The position numbers were made by a program, and so were the translations under genes. The notes beneath the pieces are model-generated. The model did no database searches and was not told the origin of the DNA. It saw only the letters and a program-made list of their open reading frames with translations. Below, piece after piece: positions 1 to 8,028 of a DNA stretch of 64,000 nucleotides. How positions within the stretch are numbered: the first letter of the stretch is position 1; every line of letters begins with the position of its first letter. The stretch is from an uncultured Planctomycetia bacterium (GTDB lineage: Bacteria > Omnitrophota > Gorgyraeia > 2-02-FULL-51-18): assembly GCA_964606485.1 (NCBI GenBank), contig CAZSGP010000001.1, positions 225,085 to 289,084 of the forward strand, written 5' to 3'.

Positions 1-3000
1 TCGAAGTCCGGTTCGAACGGTCCGTGGATTCCAATTATGAACCCGATTTCCGGTTTGGCGAATATCCCGAACTCTGGTTCGCTGTCCTGGACAGTGCCCG
101 ATGATATCACCAACAACGCCTATGTGAAGGTAGACGCTGCATCCGGTCCCGCGGTGAGCACGAAATCTCCCGCACAATTTAAAATCATGGCGCGTTTTGT
201 CATCACGGCTCCCACCGGCGGCGCTGTTCTTCTGGCGGGTCAAGACCAAACGATTTCTTGGAATAAGTGGGGTTCTGCGGCAACCACGGTCAGAATTGAA
301 CTTGCGACCGATGGAAGTGGCAATCCTCCAACCTACAACAAAATTCTTGATTTGAGCGCGCCGGCCGGAACGAGCACAGGCTCTTATAACTGGGCTGTCG
401 ATAACCCTGTGTCAGCAGCCAATAACGTAACGCCCACTGCGCGTCTAAGGATATACGACACAACCGACATTGACAGCGCGGCAACTTCTTCTAGTAATTT
501 CATCATTCGCGCAAGCTTTACGATGAGCCCGCTGATCGGAAGCGTTCCGCTCAAAGTCGGTGACACTTACGACGTGGTTTGGGCTAAAGTCGGTAATATT
601 CCTCAAGTCCTATTGCAGTATTCTCCGTTTAACAACTTTGGTGTCGATGCCCGCAACATTGAAGGTTCTGCGGCGGGCCTTGTGGCGAATGTGGGAGATT
701 CGGGCAAAGGAGATGGGCCTAACACCGCTCGCTTTGTGTGGACGGTACCGGACATCGACCCGGCAGAAGCTGACCATGTTTACTTGCGCGTTTCGGATCC
801 GAACGACTCCGGCGCCAAGAGCGTTTCCAACGAATTTATGATCAAGCCGAAGTTTACCGTAACTTCTCCGAATGGAAATGCGGATCCGAATCTTGCCGAA
901 AAATGGAAAGTAGGTATTTCTTATCCAATTACCTGGACGAGCTCCTCTGCTTTAGTGAATACGCCCACTGTAAAAGTTTCGTACTCCATAACCGGCGGCG
1001 CCTCATGGGTTCCTATTGCTACCGTTAGCAATAACGGGACCCGCAATTGGACGGTTCCGGATGCAATTTCGGAAGACGCTAAAATCCGCGTGGAAGATGC
1101 CAATGACGCCACGGCCTTCGATGATTCCAATGAAAATTTCAAAATCATCTCCAATTTCACTTCGATGGCGCCCAATGGCGGGCAGGTTCTAACGGTGGGC
1201 GACCTCACGCCGATCACATGGGGTTATCAGGGAACGGTGTCGAATGTAGAATTGTCTTACTCCACAGCAGGCTCCGATTTTTCTGCGGCGACTATTTTTG
1301 TTCCGTTTACGCAGGCGAATAATATTTCAACAAATCCGAATAATGGATCTCTGCCGAGCCAATGGACTGTGCCGGATGCGATTGGCTACAACACTAGAAT
1401 CAGAGTGAAGAGCTTTAATGACGACGGATACATTATTTCCGCGAGCGATTTCAGAATTAAAGGTAAGATCGAATTTAACTACGGCCAAGCTCCGCTTTCG
1501 GCCCCCATTTTGAGCGAGCCGGTGCCGATCGGTCAGCCCTACACGATTAAATGGAAAACAACCGGCACTATTCCTAACGTGAAGATTTTATATGATGTGA
1601 ATGACGGCAACGGAGCCGACAATAATCCCGGCACCGGAGACGAATTCTTGGGTGTCATCACAAATTCTGTTGCGAACACCGGCTCCTATGTATGGCCGGC
1701 TGTACCCGACCAAGGAACGGCATTTGCCAAAATTCGTGTGATCGATGCGCGTGTCGCTGAGGCAGACGTAATGGGCGATTCGGCCAAATTCAATATCGTG
1801 GGTAATTTGAGTGTGGTGACTCCAGCCGGCGCTGAAGCGTGGAAAGTGAATACGGCTCAGCAAGTCACATGGCATTGGGGCGGCACGATTCAACGCATTA
1901 AAGTTTCTTACACGACGAATCCAGCGGTGCTGGCATCCGATTCCAACGCTTGGACAACGGTCGAGACTATTGATTACGGCGCCAATAGCGGAAATGGAAA
2001 TAACGGTGCCGATCTTAGAACCTACAACTGGGCAATTCCGGACAGCATTTCACCGACGGTGCGCGTGAAAGTTGAAAATGCGGATGATTCGTCGGTATAC
2101 AGTGTGTCTCAGACCTTCAAAATCGTTGGTTCATTTAGAATCACCGCTCCAAATGGAAATGCGGATGTGACGCTGACCGATCGCTGGGTGACGAACGATG
2201 TATGGAATATTACTTGGGAAACCAACGGTAATATTCCGGCCGTCAAACTTCAATATTCCAATGACAATTTTGTGAGCGATATTCACGTCATCGACAATGC
2301 CGCTCCAAACGTACCCAATGGTTATTCAGGCGCTTATCCCTATGTCAGCAGCTATGCATGGCAAATTCCTGACGTGGTTCTTAAAGATGTCGGAGGCGCA
2401 TACACCGGACCCAATTTGGTGAAGGTCAGAGTGATTGACGCCAATGACGCGGCGGTGACCGATGTCTCCGATGATCCCTTCAAGATTGATTACTACAAAG
2501 TGACGTGGTTGTTGCGCGACTTGTCAACCTTTAAAGTTTTAACGGAATTGGGTGTCAAAGAGGTGAAATCATCAGACGCTAATTTCGTTCAATGGGTCGA
2601 GGCTGGTGTGGCTCAAGAATCTGCTCCCGGCGTATTACCTCCTTATAACCGCATTCAACCAACTCCGGCGGGGAGCTGGCTAGCCACATGGACTAAGACC
2701 GGTTATGGCGATGTGTCTCAGCTTGTGCTCTTAAACAAGAATCAACCGACGCTAGATCCGAAATATGTTATTTTCATGGAAACGACGGCCGTGCACATTT
2801 ATTTGGCCGAATCCAAATACAGCTTTGATCCGGGTAACAGCACGGTGATCCCGGCAATTCCGACTAAACTCGATATTATTGGTTGGCTCTCTCGTGACGG
2901 CGCCATCATCTCGGGTGTGGTGAACGCCAAAGTCGAAATTTACGACGGCACGACGCTAGTTGGAGGCGCGGCTATTCCTCTAGCGAAAGTGTTGGATGCC

Positions 3001-4188
3001 GGCACCGGAGCGGATACAGGCCTTTGGAATGCGAGCCGAACCAACGTAACGATCGCACCAATGAGCTTGCAGGCTGGTAAAACCTATATCGGCAAATGCT
3101 ACATGCAGATTGCAAGCCAAGTCGACGAAGACGTGTGGTATCAAACGCCGTCTGCGTTTGAAATCACCGCGTCCGTGAAACTTGAAGAGGTGAGAGCGAC
3201 CGTTGAGAAAAATATCGATAAACCGCTGTCACAATTCGCCACTGAAATGCAAGCGACTTTGGATAATCAGACGACCACTCTAACATCCAAGTTAGATGCT
3301 CAAACGGTAACTATACAGAGCACTCTGGATGCTCAGACTCAAATTATCACGTCCGCCATCACAGACTTTAATAATAGCGTCGCTAGCGCTATCACGGATC
3401 TCAATACGGCGGCCGATCGAAGCTTGGACGCGGCGGAAAACTTGGAAGACACGGCCAACAAATTTTCATGGAAAGCCGTTGTGGCTCCAAACCCGGCTCT
3501 CACCGGTGACTCGGTGATGTTGCAGGCGCAGGGACCGCCGAATCTCAAGCCGATTGTCAGTGTTTATAACAACACGAACAAGCAGGTTATTGCCGCGGCC
3601 ATTATGGAAGAAGAGTCTTTGCGCCCGGGCAATTACAGCTACACCTTTAAAGCCATGTCCTCAAGCTTCACTCCTGGTCAAGCGTATACGTACATTGTGA
3701 CGGAAGACGTCACGGGTGGTTTGGTGGCCGGTTCCGGATTCGTTGAAAGTATTTCGCTGACTGCCGTTGCCGGCTTGGCTAGCGCCGCACCTGCCGCTGA
3801 AAAAGCAGCCAAAGAAGCTGTGGAAGCCATCAAAGAACTTGAAACCACTATGGCTCGCGGCGGTGATTTGAAGAAAGCCCTTGTGAATTTACAGCGCTCC
3901 GTTGATTCCCTGCCGGATCAAGTCAGCAAGGTGAGCGGAGACACCAAGGGCGTTCGCTCTGCGGTGAACGAAATTTCCACTCGCTTGCAACAGCTCGCCG
4001 GAAACCAAGGGCTCGACTTTACTCAACTTTTTGCAAAAGCATTGGACGAAAATGCTAAAATAGAAGACATTCGCACCCGTTCCGGTGCCATTGTGAATTC
4101 ACTGGAACTCTTGGGGGCGATCGTCGAGAAGAGACTGGGTGGCGGCGACGAGCCGATTGTAGCGACCTTCCTGGAAGCTGCATCTTAA
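1..4188 (+). CDS. Giant secreted/cell-surface protein, 5'-truncated at the window edge. It has >=9 tandem ~90-100 aa Kre9/KNH-like (PF10342-like) beta-domains and a C-terminal coiled-coil region.
   Basis: The ORF is open to position 1 (first Met at 37). A recurring module reads 'F.I...F.ITAP.GG..L..G....ITW.......V.I.YS..G..W..I......W.VPD.IS..A.IRV.D.ND....D.SNE.FKI', with W(T/A)(V/I)PD motifs seen about 9 times. The C-terminal third has heptad-like 'LDAQT' repeats and a Lys/Ala/Glu coiled coil. Confidence 0.6.
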   Translation, partial: SKSGSNGPWIPIMNPISGLANIPNSGSLSWTVPDDITNNAYVKVDAASGPAVSTKSPAQFKIMARFVITAPTGGAVLLAGQDQTISWNKWGSAATTVRIELATDGSGNPPTYNKILDLSAPAGTSTGSYNWAVDNPVSAANNVTPTARLRIYDTTDIDSAATSSSNFIIRASFTMSPLIGSVPLKVGDTYDVVWAKVGNIPQVLLQYSPFNNFGVDARNIEGSAAGLVANVGDSGKGDGPNTARFVWTVPDIDPAEADHVYLRVSDPNDSGAKSVSNEFMIKPKFTVTSPNGNADPNLAEKWKVGISYPITWTSSSALVNTPTVKVSYSITGGASWVPIATVSNNGTRNWTVPDAISEDAKIRVEDANDATAFDDSNENFKIISNFTSMAPNGGQVLTVGDLTPITWGYQGTVSNVELSYSTAGSDFSAATIFVPFTQANNISTNPNNGSLPSQWTVPDAIGYNTRIRVKSFNDDGYIISASDFRIKGKIEFNYGQAPLSAPILSEPVPIGQPYTIKWKTTGTIPNVKILYDVNDGNGADNNPGTGDEFLGVITNSVANTGSYVWPAVPDQGTAFAKIRVIDARVAEADVMGDSAKFNIVGNLSVVTPAGAEAWKVNTAQQVTWHWGGTIQRIKVSYTTNPAVLASDSNAWTTVETIDYGANSGNGNNGADLRTYNWAIPDSISPTVRVKVENADDSSVYSVSQTFKIVGSFRITAPNGNADVTLTDRWVTNDVWNITWETNGNIPAVKLQYSNDNFVSDIHVIDNAAPNVPNGYSGAYPYVSSYAWQIPDVVLKDVGGAYTGPNLVKVRVIDANDAAVTDVSDDPFKIDYYKVTWLLRDLSTFKVLTELGVKEVKSSDANFVQWVEAGVAQESAPGVLPPYNRIQPTPAGSWLATWTKTGYGDVSQLVLLNKNQPTLDPKYVIFMETTAVHIYLAESKYSFDPGNSTVIPAIPTKLDIIGWLSRDGAIISGVVNAKVEIYDGTTLVGGAAIPLAKVLDAGTGADTGLWNASRTNVTIAPMSLQAGKTYIGKCYMQIASQVDEDVWYQTPSAFEITASVKLEEVRATVEKNIDKPLSQFATEMQATLDNQTTTLTSKLDAQTVTIQSTLDAQTQIITSAITDFNNSVASAITDLNTAADRSLDAAENLEDTANKFSWKAVVAPNPALTGDSVMLQAQGPPNLKPIVSVYNNTNKQVIAAAIMEEESLRPGNYSYTFKAMSSSFTPGQAYTYIVTEDVTGGLVAGSGFVESISLTAVAGLASAAPAAEKAAKEAVEAIKELETTMARGGDLKKALVNLQRSVDSLPDQVSKVSGDTKGVRSAVNEISTRLQQLAGNQGLDFTQLFAKALDENAKIEDIRTRSGAIVNSLELLGAIVEKRLGGGDEPIVATFLEAAS

Positions 4189-4213
4189 GGATTGATAAAT
4201 TGAGGGTGAATGA

Positions 4214-5002
4214 ATGAACGCTCGAAAAATTCTTCTGCTTACTTTATTCACAGCGCTTGTAGCTTCGTGGGCCGCTCACGAAGCTTATTCGGCGAGTGTT
4301 AAAATGAGAGTCGTGGTCGTTAATCCTTCCGATAAAAAAGAGCAAACCAAGTCCGTTCGCACTGAACTGCCGAAGGAAGTGAAGCAGAAAGACATTTTAG
4401 ATGCCGGTGGATTGGACATAGAGTACGATACCGAAAAGGGCGCTTTTTATGCCTCCAAAAATGACATTCCGCTAGCTCCTCTCGAGACTAAAATTTTTGA
4501 AATTGTCATGAACGACGTTTGGATTTGGCCTAAGGAAAACCTCGATTTCTTCCGTGAACAAACCAAAAAAATTGTGGCCAAATTAAAAGACACGTCGTTT
4601 GGCGAGCAGGCTGAACTCATCGCTAAAACCATTTATGGGCGTCTGGATGAAATTGAAACCAATCAGAACGATCAAAATGTTTCGCGTCAGCAGCACGTGG
4701 CGTATTTCCGCGAAGCCAATAAGACCATTGAGTCGGTGAAGGCGGATATCGAGCGACTGCAGAAACTGCTGATCACAGCAGGCGGCACGCCGAATCTCGA
4801 TCTTGTCGAAAACGCTGACGTGAAACTCAAATCCCCCAATACCAAAACGACCTGGATCGTTATCTTTGCCGTGATCTTGTTCGTCGCGATCTTGAGCGGC
4901 ACGTTTTACTTTACGTGGCTCAGGCAGTCCAGTAACTCGGACGCAGTATTTAAAAAAGAAAAAGACGCTTCTTTCGCTGAATTCAAACCCAAAAAAGAAT
5001 AG
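4214..5002 (+). CDS. Hypothetical exported protein with an N-terminal signal peptide and a C-terminal transmembrane anchor.
   Basis: The N-terminus 'MNARKILLLTLFTALVASWAAHEA' looks like a signal peptide. A single hydrophobic segment 'TTWIVIFAVILFVAILSGTFYF' lies near the C-terminus, followed by a Lys-rich tail. There is an 8-bp gap to the downstream epsilon gene. Confidence 0.45.
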   Translation: MNARKILLLTLFTALVASWAAHEAYSASVKMRVVVVNPSDKKEQTKSVRTELPKEVKQKDILDAGGLDIEYDTEKGAFYASKNDIPLAPLETKIFEIVMNDVWIWPKENLDFFREQTKKIVAKLKDTSFGEQAELIAKTIYGRLDEIETNQNDQNVSRQQHVAYFREANKTIESVKADIERLQKLLITAGGTPNLDLVENADVKLKSPNTKTTWIVIFAVILFVAILSGTFYFTWLRQSSNSDAVFKKEKDASFAEFKPKKE

Positions 5003-5009
5003 CGTATAA

Positions 5010-5255
5010 ATGGCGCTGACCCCGATTGAGGTGAAAGTCTTAAGTCCTCAGCGGCTCATTTTTGAAGGGCAAGCAAAGAGCATCATTCTCCCGGGAGAAT
5101 CGGGTGTTTTTGAAATTGCCCCGCATCACAAGCGTTTACTTTCCAGATTATTAGGCGGTTTTGTCATTATTGACAATAAGCGCATGTCGATTAAGCGCGG
5201 TGTAGTCAAGGCAGGCTTAAACAAAGTGACAATTATCGTTGAAGAAGATGATTAA
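5010..5255 (+). CDS. atpC: F-type ATPase epsilon subunit, N-terminal beta-sandwich domain only (81 aa). The C-terminal helical hairpin is absent.
   Basis: 'LTPIEVKVLSPQRLIFEGQAKSIILPGESGVFEIAPHHKRLLSRLLGGFVII' matches the epsilon consensus (LxVVTPE...PG..G..GILP.HAPLLT.L.PG.V.I). The protein stops after ~80 aa, with no helical domain. Confidence 0.7.
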   Translation: MALTPIEVKVLSPQRLIFEGQAKSIILPGESGVFEIAPHHKRLLSRLLGGFVIIDNKRMSIKRGVVKAGLNKVTIIVEEDD

Positions 5256-6804
5256 AAAAAACGCTCCGGTTATATTTATTTTTTTGATGGGGATTGGCCT
5301 TTATGTCAATTCTCTCTGCGGCCCATTTATCTATGACGATCTAGAGCTCGTCCGGAACAACGGCAAACTCCAAAGTTTCCAGGCTCTTTCGCAATCCTTT
5401 AAGCAGGATATTAATTTATCGACGGGCCGGACCGGTTTTTTTTACCGGCCCTTTCTTCAGGTGACTTATGCCTTGGACAGTCATTTTTGGAAGGGAAGGG
5501 TTTATGGGTATCATGCCACGAGCATTGTGCTTCACGCGCTTGCGGCTTTGGCGCTCGCTTCTTTAATTTTCATTCTTTTTGGAGATAAACTCGTCGCGTT
5601 TTTAACAGCTCTTTTGTGGCTCGTGCACCCTGTGCATACCGAAGCTGTTTCTTATATTTCAGGACGCGCCGATCCTCTGGCAGCACTCCTACTTTTGTTG
5701 GCGCTTATTTTTTATGTGAGGGGAGACTATGCACACCGGCTGCGAAATCTTTCCCTGCTCATCATTTTTTATGCGCTTGCACTCCTATCTAAAGAACATA
5801 GCCTTATTTTTTTAGCCCTGATCGCTCTCGTTCATCTTGTTTTTAAGAAGCGAATTCAGTGGCCGGCGCTAATTGCGGTAGCGACACTTTCTCTTTTTTA
5901 CGGTTTTTTACGATTTTCTCAGTTACAGACCTTGCTTTCAAATCCTCTCAATCCCAGTACACTTGCGGAGCGTTTACCCGGTTTTTTTGTGGCAGTTGCT
6001 AAATATTTCAAACTTCTCGCGTGGCCTACGAATCTGCGAATGGAGTATGGCCTAAAAATATTCACATTTGCGGACCCTAGAGCCATAGTGGGGGTTGGTA
6101 TTTTAGCGGCCCTCTTTGCCTCTCTCTATTTTTTAAGAAAAAACCGTGTCTGGGTTTTTGGAATCGGCTGGTTTCTCATCACACTTTTACCGGTATCCAA
6201 TCTTTTTCCCATCAATGCATTTATGGCGGAGCACTGGCTCTATCTGCCCTCAATGGGGCTATGGCTCGCTTTTGCCGGCTTATTTTCAAGGGTGCTCCAG
6301 TCTCGCAAGCGTCTAGTTGCGGCACTCGCTTTGGCTGCACTCGCTTCGATGTATAGCCAGGCGACAATGGCTCAAAACAGTTATTGGAGTGACGCGGTAC
6401 TCTTTTACGAACGCACGTTGAAATTTGAACCCAATAATGCGCGCATGTGCAATAACCTCGCCGGAGTTTACAAAGATAGGGGAGACTTTGAGAGCGCAAA
6501 AACTTTCTACCAAAAAGCAATTACCATTGATCCGAATATTGCCGATGTTTATTTTAATTTGGGGACGATTTACGCTCAGGAGAATGATTTGGGAACAGCC
6601 ATGGATTGTTACCAGAAAACCGTTGAGCTGAATCCCAATTTTGCGCTGGCCTACAACAACATGGGCGCGCTTTACCAGGCGCACGGTCAAAATGAGCTCG
6701 CTTTGCTACAATACGAAAAGGCACTAAAACTCAATCCAAACTACAAGCGAGCCGCTGAAAATCTTTCAAATATTAAAATGAGATTGGGGAAGAGCAATGG
6801 ATAA
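5239..6804 (+). CDS. TMTC/PMT-like GT-C family membrane glycosyltransferase (DUF1736-type) with C-terminal TPR repeats.
   Basis: About 10 predicted TM helices. 'FIYDD' acidic motif in loop 1 and 'HPVHTEAV' motif. The C-terminus has about 4 TPR units ('NNLAGVYKDRGDFESAKTFYQKAITIDPN...'). The start overlaps the atpC stop by 17 nt and the stop overlaps the atpE start by 8 nt. Confidence 0.7.
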   Translation: MKKMIKKNAPVIFIFLMGIGLYVNSLCGPFIYDDLELVRNNGKLQSFQALSQSFKQDINLSTGRTGFFYRPFLQVTYALDSHFWKGRVYGYHATSIVLHALAALALASLIFILFGDKLVAFLTALLWLVHPVHTEAVSYISGRADPLAALLLLLALIFYVRGDYAHRLRNLSLLIIFYALALLSKEHSLIFLALIALVHLVFKKRIQWPALIAVATLSLFYGFLRFSQLQTLLSNPLNPSTLAERLPGFFVAVAKYFKLLAWPTNLRMEYGLKIFTFADPRAIVGVGILAALFASLYFLRKNRVWVFGIGWFLITLLPVSNLFPINAFMAEHWLYLPSMGLWLAFAGLFSRVLQSRKRLVAALALAALASMYSQATMAQNSYWSDAVLFYERTLKFEPNNARMCNNLAGVYKDRGDFESAKTFYQKAITIDPNIADVYFNLGTIYAQENDLGTAMDCYQKTVELNPNFALAYNNMGALYQAHGQNELALLQYEKALKLNPNYKRAAENLSNIKMRLGKSNG

Positions 6805-7015
6805 AAATGTCGCTATTATTTTGGTCTTCACGCTTTGCATTTTGGGGCCAACCGCCATTATTGCCGCGGCAGGGCATGCCAGTATTTCAGCTCTCGGCCG
6901 TAATCCCTCGGCCGCTCCCAAGATCTTTACCGCTATGACGATGATGCTCATCTTTGGCGGTATGATTTCCATTGTGGCTCTGCTTGTTCTTTTTCAGCTT
7001 TACGCTACCAAATAA
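6797..7015 (+). CDS. atpE: F-type ATPase subunit c-like proteolipid (72 aa helical hairpin). It apparently lacks the conserved ion-binding Glu/Asp in helix 2.
   Basis: Two hydrophobic helices joined by the polar loop 'ALGRNPSAAPK' (compare the conserved c-subunit 'ARQP(E/D)' loop). Helix 1 is Ala/Gly-rich ('IIAAAGHASISALG'). It sits directly upstream of the b/delta gene. No acidic residue occurs anywhere in helix 2 ('IFTAMTMMLIFGGMISIVALLVLFQLYA'). Confidence 0.6.
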   Translation: MDKNVAIILVFTLCILGPTAIIAAAGHASISALGRNPSAAPKIFTAMTMMLIFGGMISIVALLVLFQLYATK

Positions 7016-7074
7016 AGACAGCCCCCCTCCTTGCTTTTTTTGTTAATTTTTGTTAAAATTTAGATAAAATTTAA

Positions 7075-7151
7075 TGTCATTGCGAGGAGCTTTTGCGACG
7101 AAGCAATCTAGATTTTAGAGCGAGATTGCTTCGCTGACGCTCGCAATGACA
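7075..7151. repeat. Copy 1 of a ~77-bp palindromic intergenic repeat (REP/MITE-like double-stem hairpin).
   Basis: tgtcattgcgag...gaagcaatct..agattgcttc...ctcgcaatgaca. The outer 12-bp and inner ~10-bp inverted repeats are shared with copies at ~22234 and ~25578. Coordinates are +/-2 nt. Confidence 0.75.
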
Positions 7152-7165
7152 AATAGGGGAGTTCG

Positions 7166-7894
7166 ATGCTATTTTTAGTTCTAGTGGTTATTCAGCTCGT
7201 CATCTTCGGTGTCCTGATTTTTCTCCTTAAAAACGTCCTCACCCGCAATGTCCGCACGGCGACCGCGCACCTGAATGAGTTGAACCAAGACTACACTCAA
7301 AAAATGGACGAAGCCAATAAGCGCATGCACGAAGCGGAAAAATTTTACGATGACGCGATTTTGCGATCCAAGACCGATGCCGAACGAGCAAAAATGGAAA
7401 TTTTAAAAGAGGCGCGGTCGCAAGATGAGCAGATTGTAGGGGATGCGCGAAAACAAAGCACCGAAATTTTGGAGCAGGCGCGCCGCGCGCGGGATCTCAT
7501 GATTGAAGAGATTGAACAGAAAATTGAAGTCCGCGCTGTTGAAAGGGCGAGCGAGTTTCTGGCTCAGATCCTTCCTTCTGAAATCAGTATGGATATGCAC
7601 ACTAAATGGACCGAGCAAATCCTTAAAAAAGGATTTTCGGATTTGTCGCGCATGAATTTTCCGGACGGGGAGCTCAAAGTAAAAATTATTTCGGCTTACG
7701 AATTGACAGCGGATCAAAAATCTCAAATCGAAGAAATTCTCCGCACCGCGCTCAAGCGTGAATTTTCTCTGGAAACAGCGTCCGACGTCAGTTTGGTTGC
7801 CGGTATCCAGGTAACAGTGGCCAGTATCGTGATTGACGGAACACTGAAATTTAAGATCCGGGAGATAGCCCGCCGTGCCCAACGAACTGAATAA
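7166..7894 (+). CDS. atpFH: Compact F-type ATPase b-delta fusion stator subunit. It has an N-terminal TM helix, a b-like coiled coil and a delta/OSCP C-terminal domain.
   Basis: N-terminal TM 'LFLVLVVIQLVIFGVLIFLL'. A charged coiled coil typical of subunit b. The C-terminus 'LVAGIQVTVASIVIDGTLKFKIREIARRA' matches the delta C-terminal consensus (LLGGV.V.IGD.VIDGSVRGRLERLA). At 242 aa it is too short to contain a delta N-terminal domain. Confidence 0.7.
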   Translation: MLFLVLVVIQLVIFGVLIFLLKNVLTRNVRTATAHLNELNQDYTQKMDEANKRMHEAEKFYDDAILRSKTDAERAKMEILKEARSQDEQIVGDARKQSTEILEQARRARDLMIEEIEQKIEVRAVERASEFLAQILPSEISMDMHTKWTEQILKKGFSDLSRMNFPDGELKVKIISAYELTADQKSQIEEILRTALKREFSLETASDVSLVAGIQVTVASIVIDGTLKFKIREIARRAQRTE

Positions 7895-8028
7895 TTGGCC
7901 GAAAAAGCCCATCTGCTGCGTTGCTCTCTGCGCTTCCTCAGTCGACGTACGTAAGCGTACGCCTTCTTCGGTCGCTTGGTCGCGCCTTGCATATAGGCTT
8001 TTTGGACCAATTATTGAAGACGGTGAAA

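Noticed and set aside
5239-6804. Considered whether the 521-aa multi-TM ORF between atpC and atpE could be a divergent subunit a (atpB).
   Set aside because: It has about 10 TM helices plus a large C-terminal TPR domain. It also has GT-C motifs (FIYDD, HPVHTEAV) and no a-subunit-like Arg-containing TM4 motif. It reads as a TMTC/PMT-like glycosyltransferase, not subunit a.
7895-8028. CGTACG-TAAG-CGTACG tandem palindromic hexamers in the 134-nt gap upstream of atpA. Possible operator site.
   Set aside because: It is short and occurs only once. No cognate regulator is evident. It cannot be distinguished from chance without comparative data.
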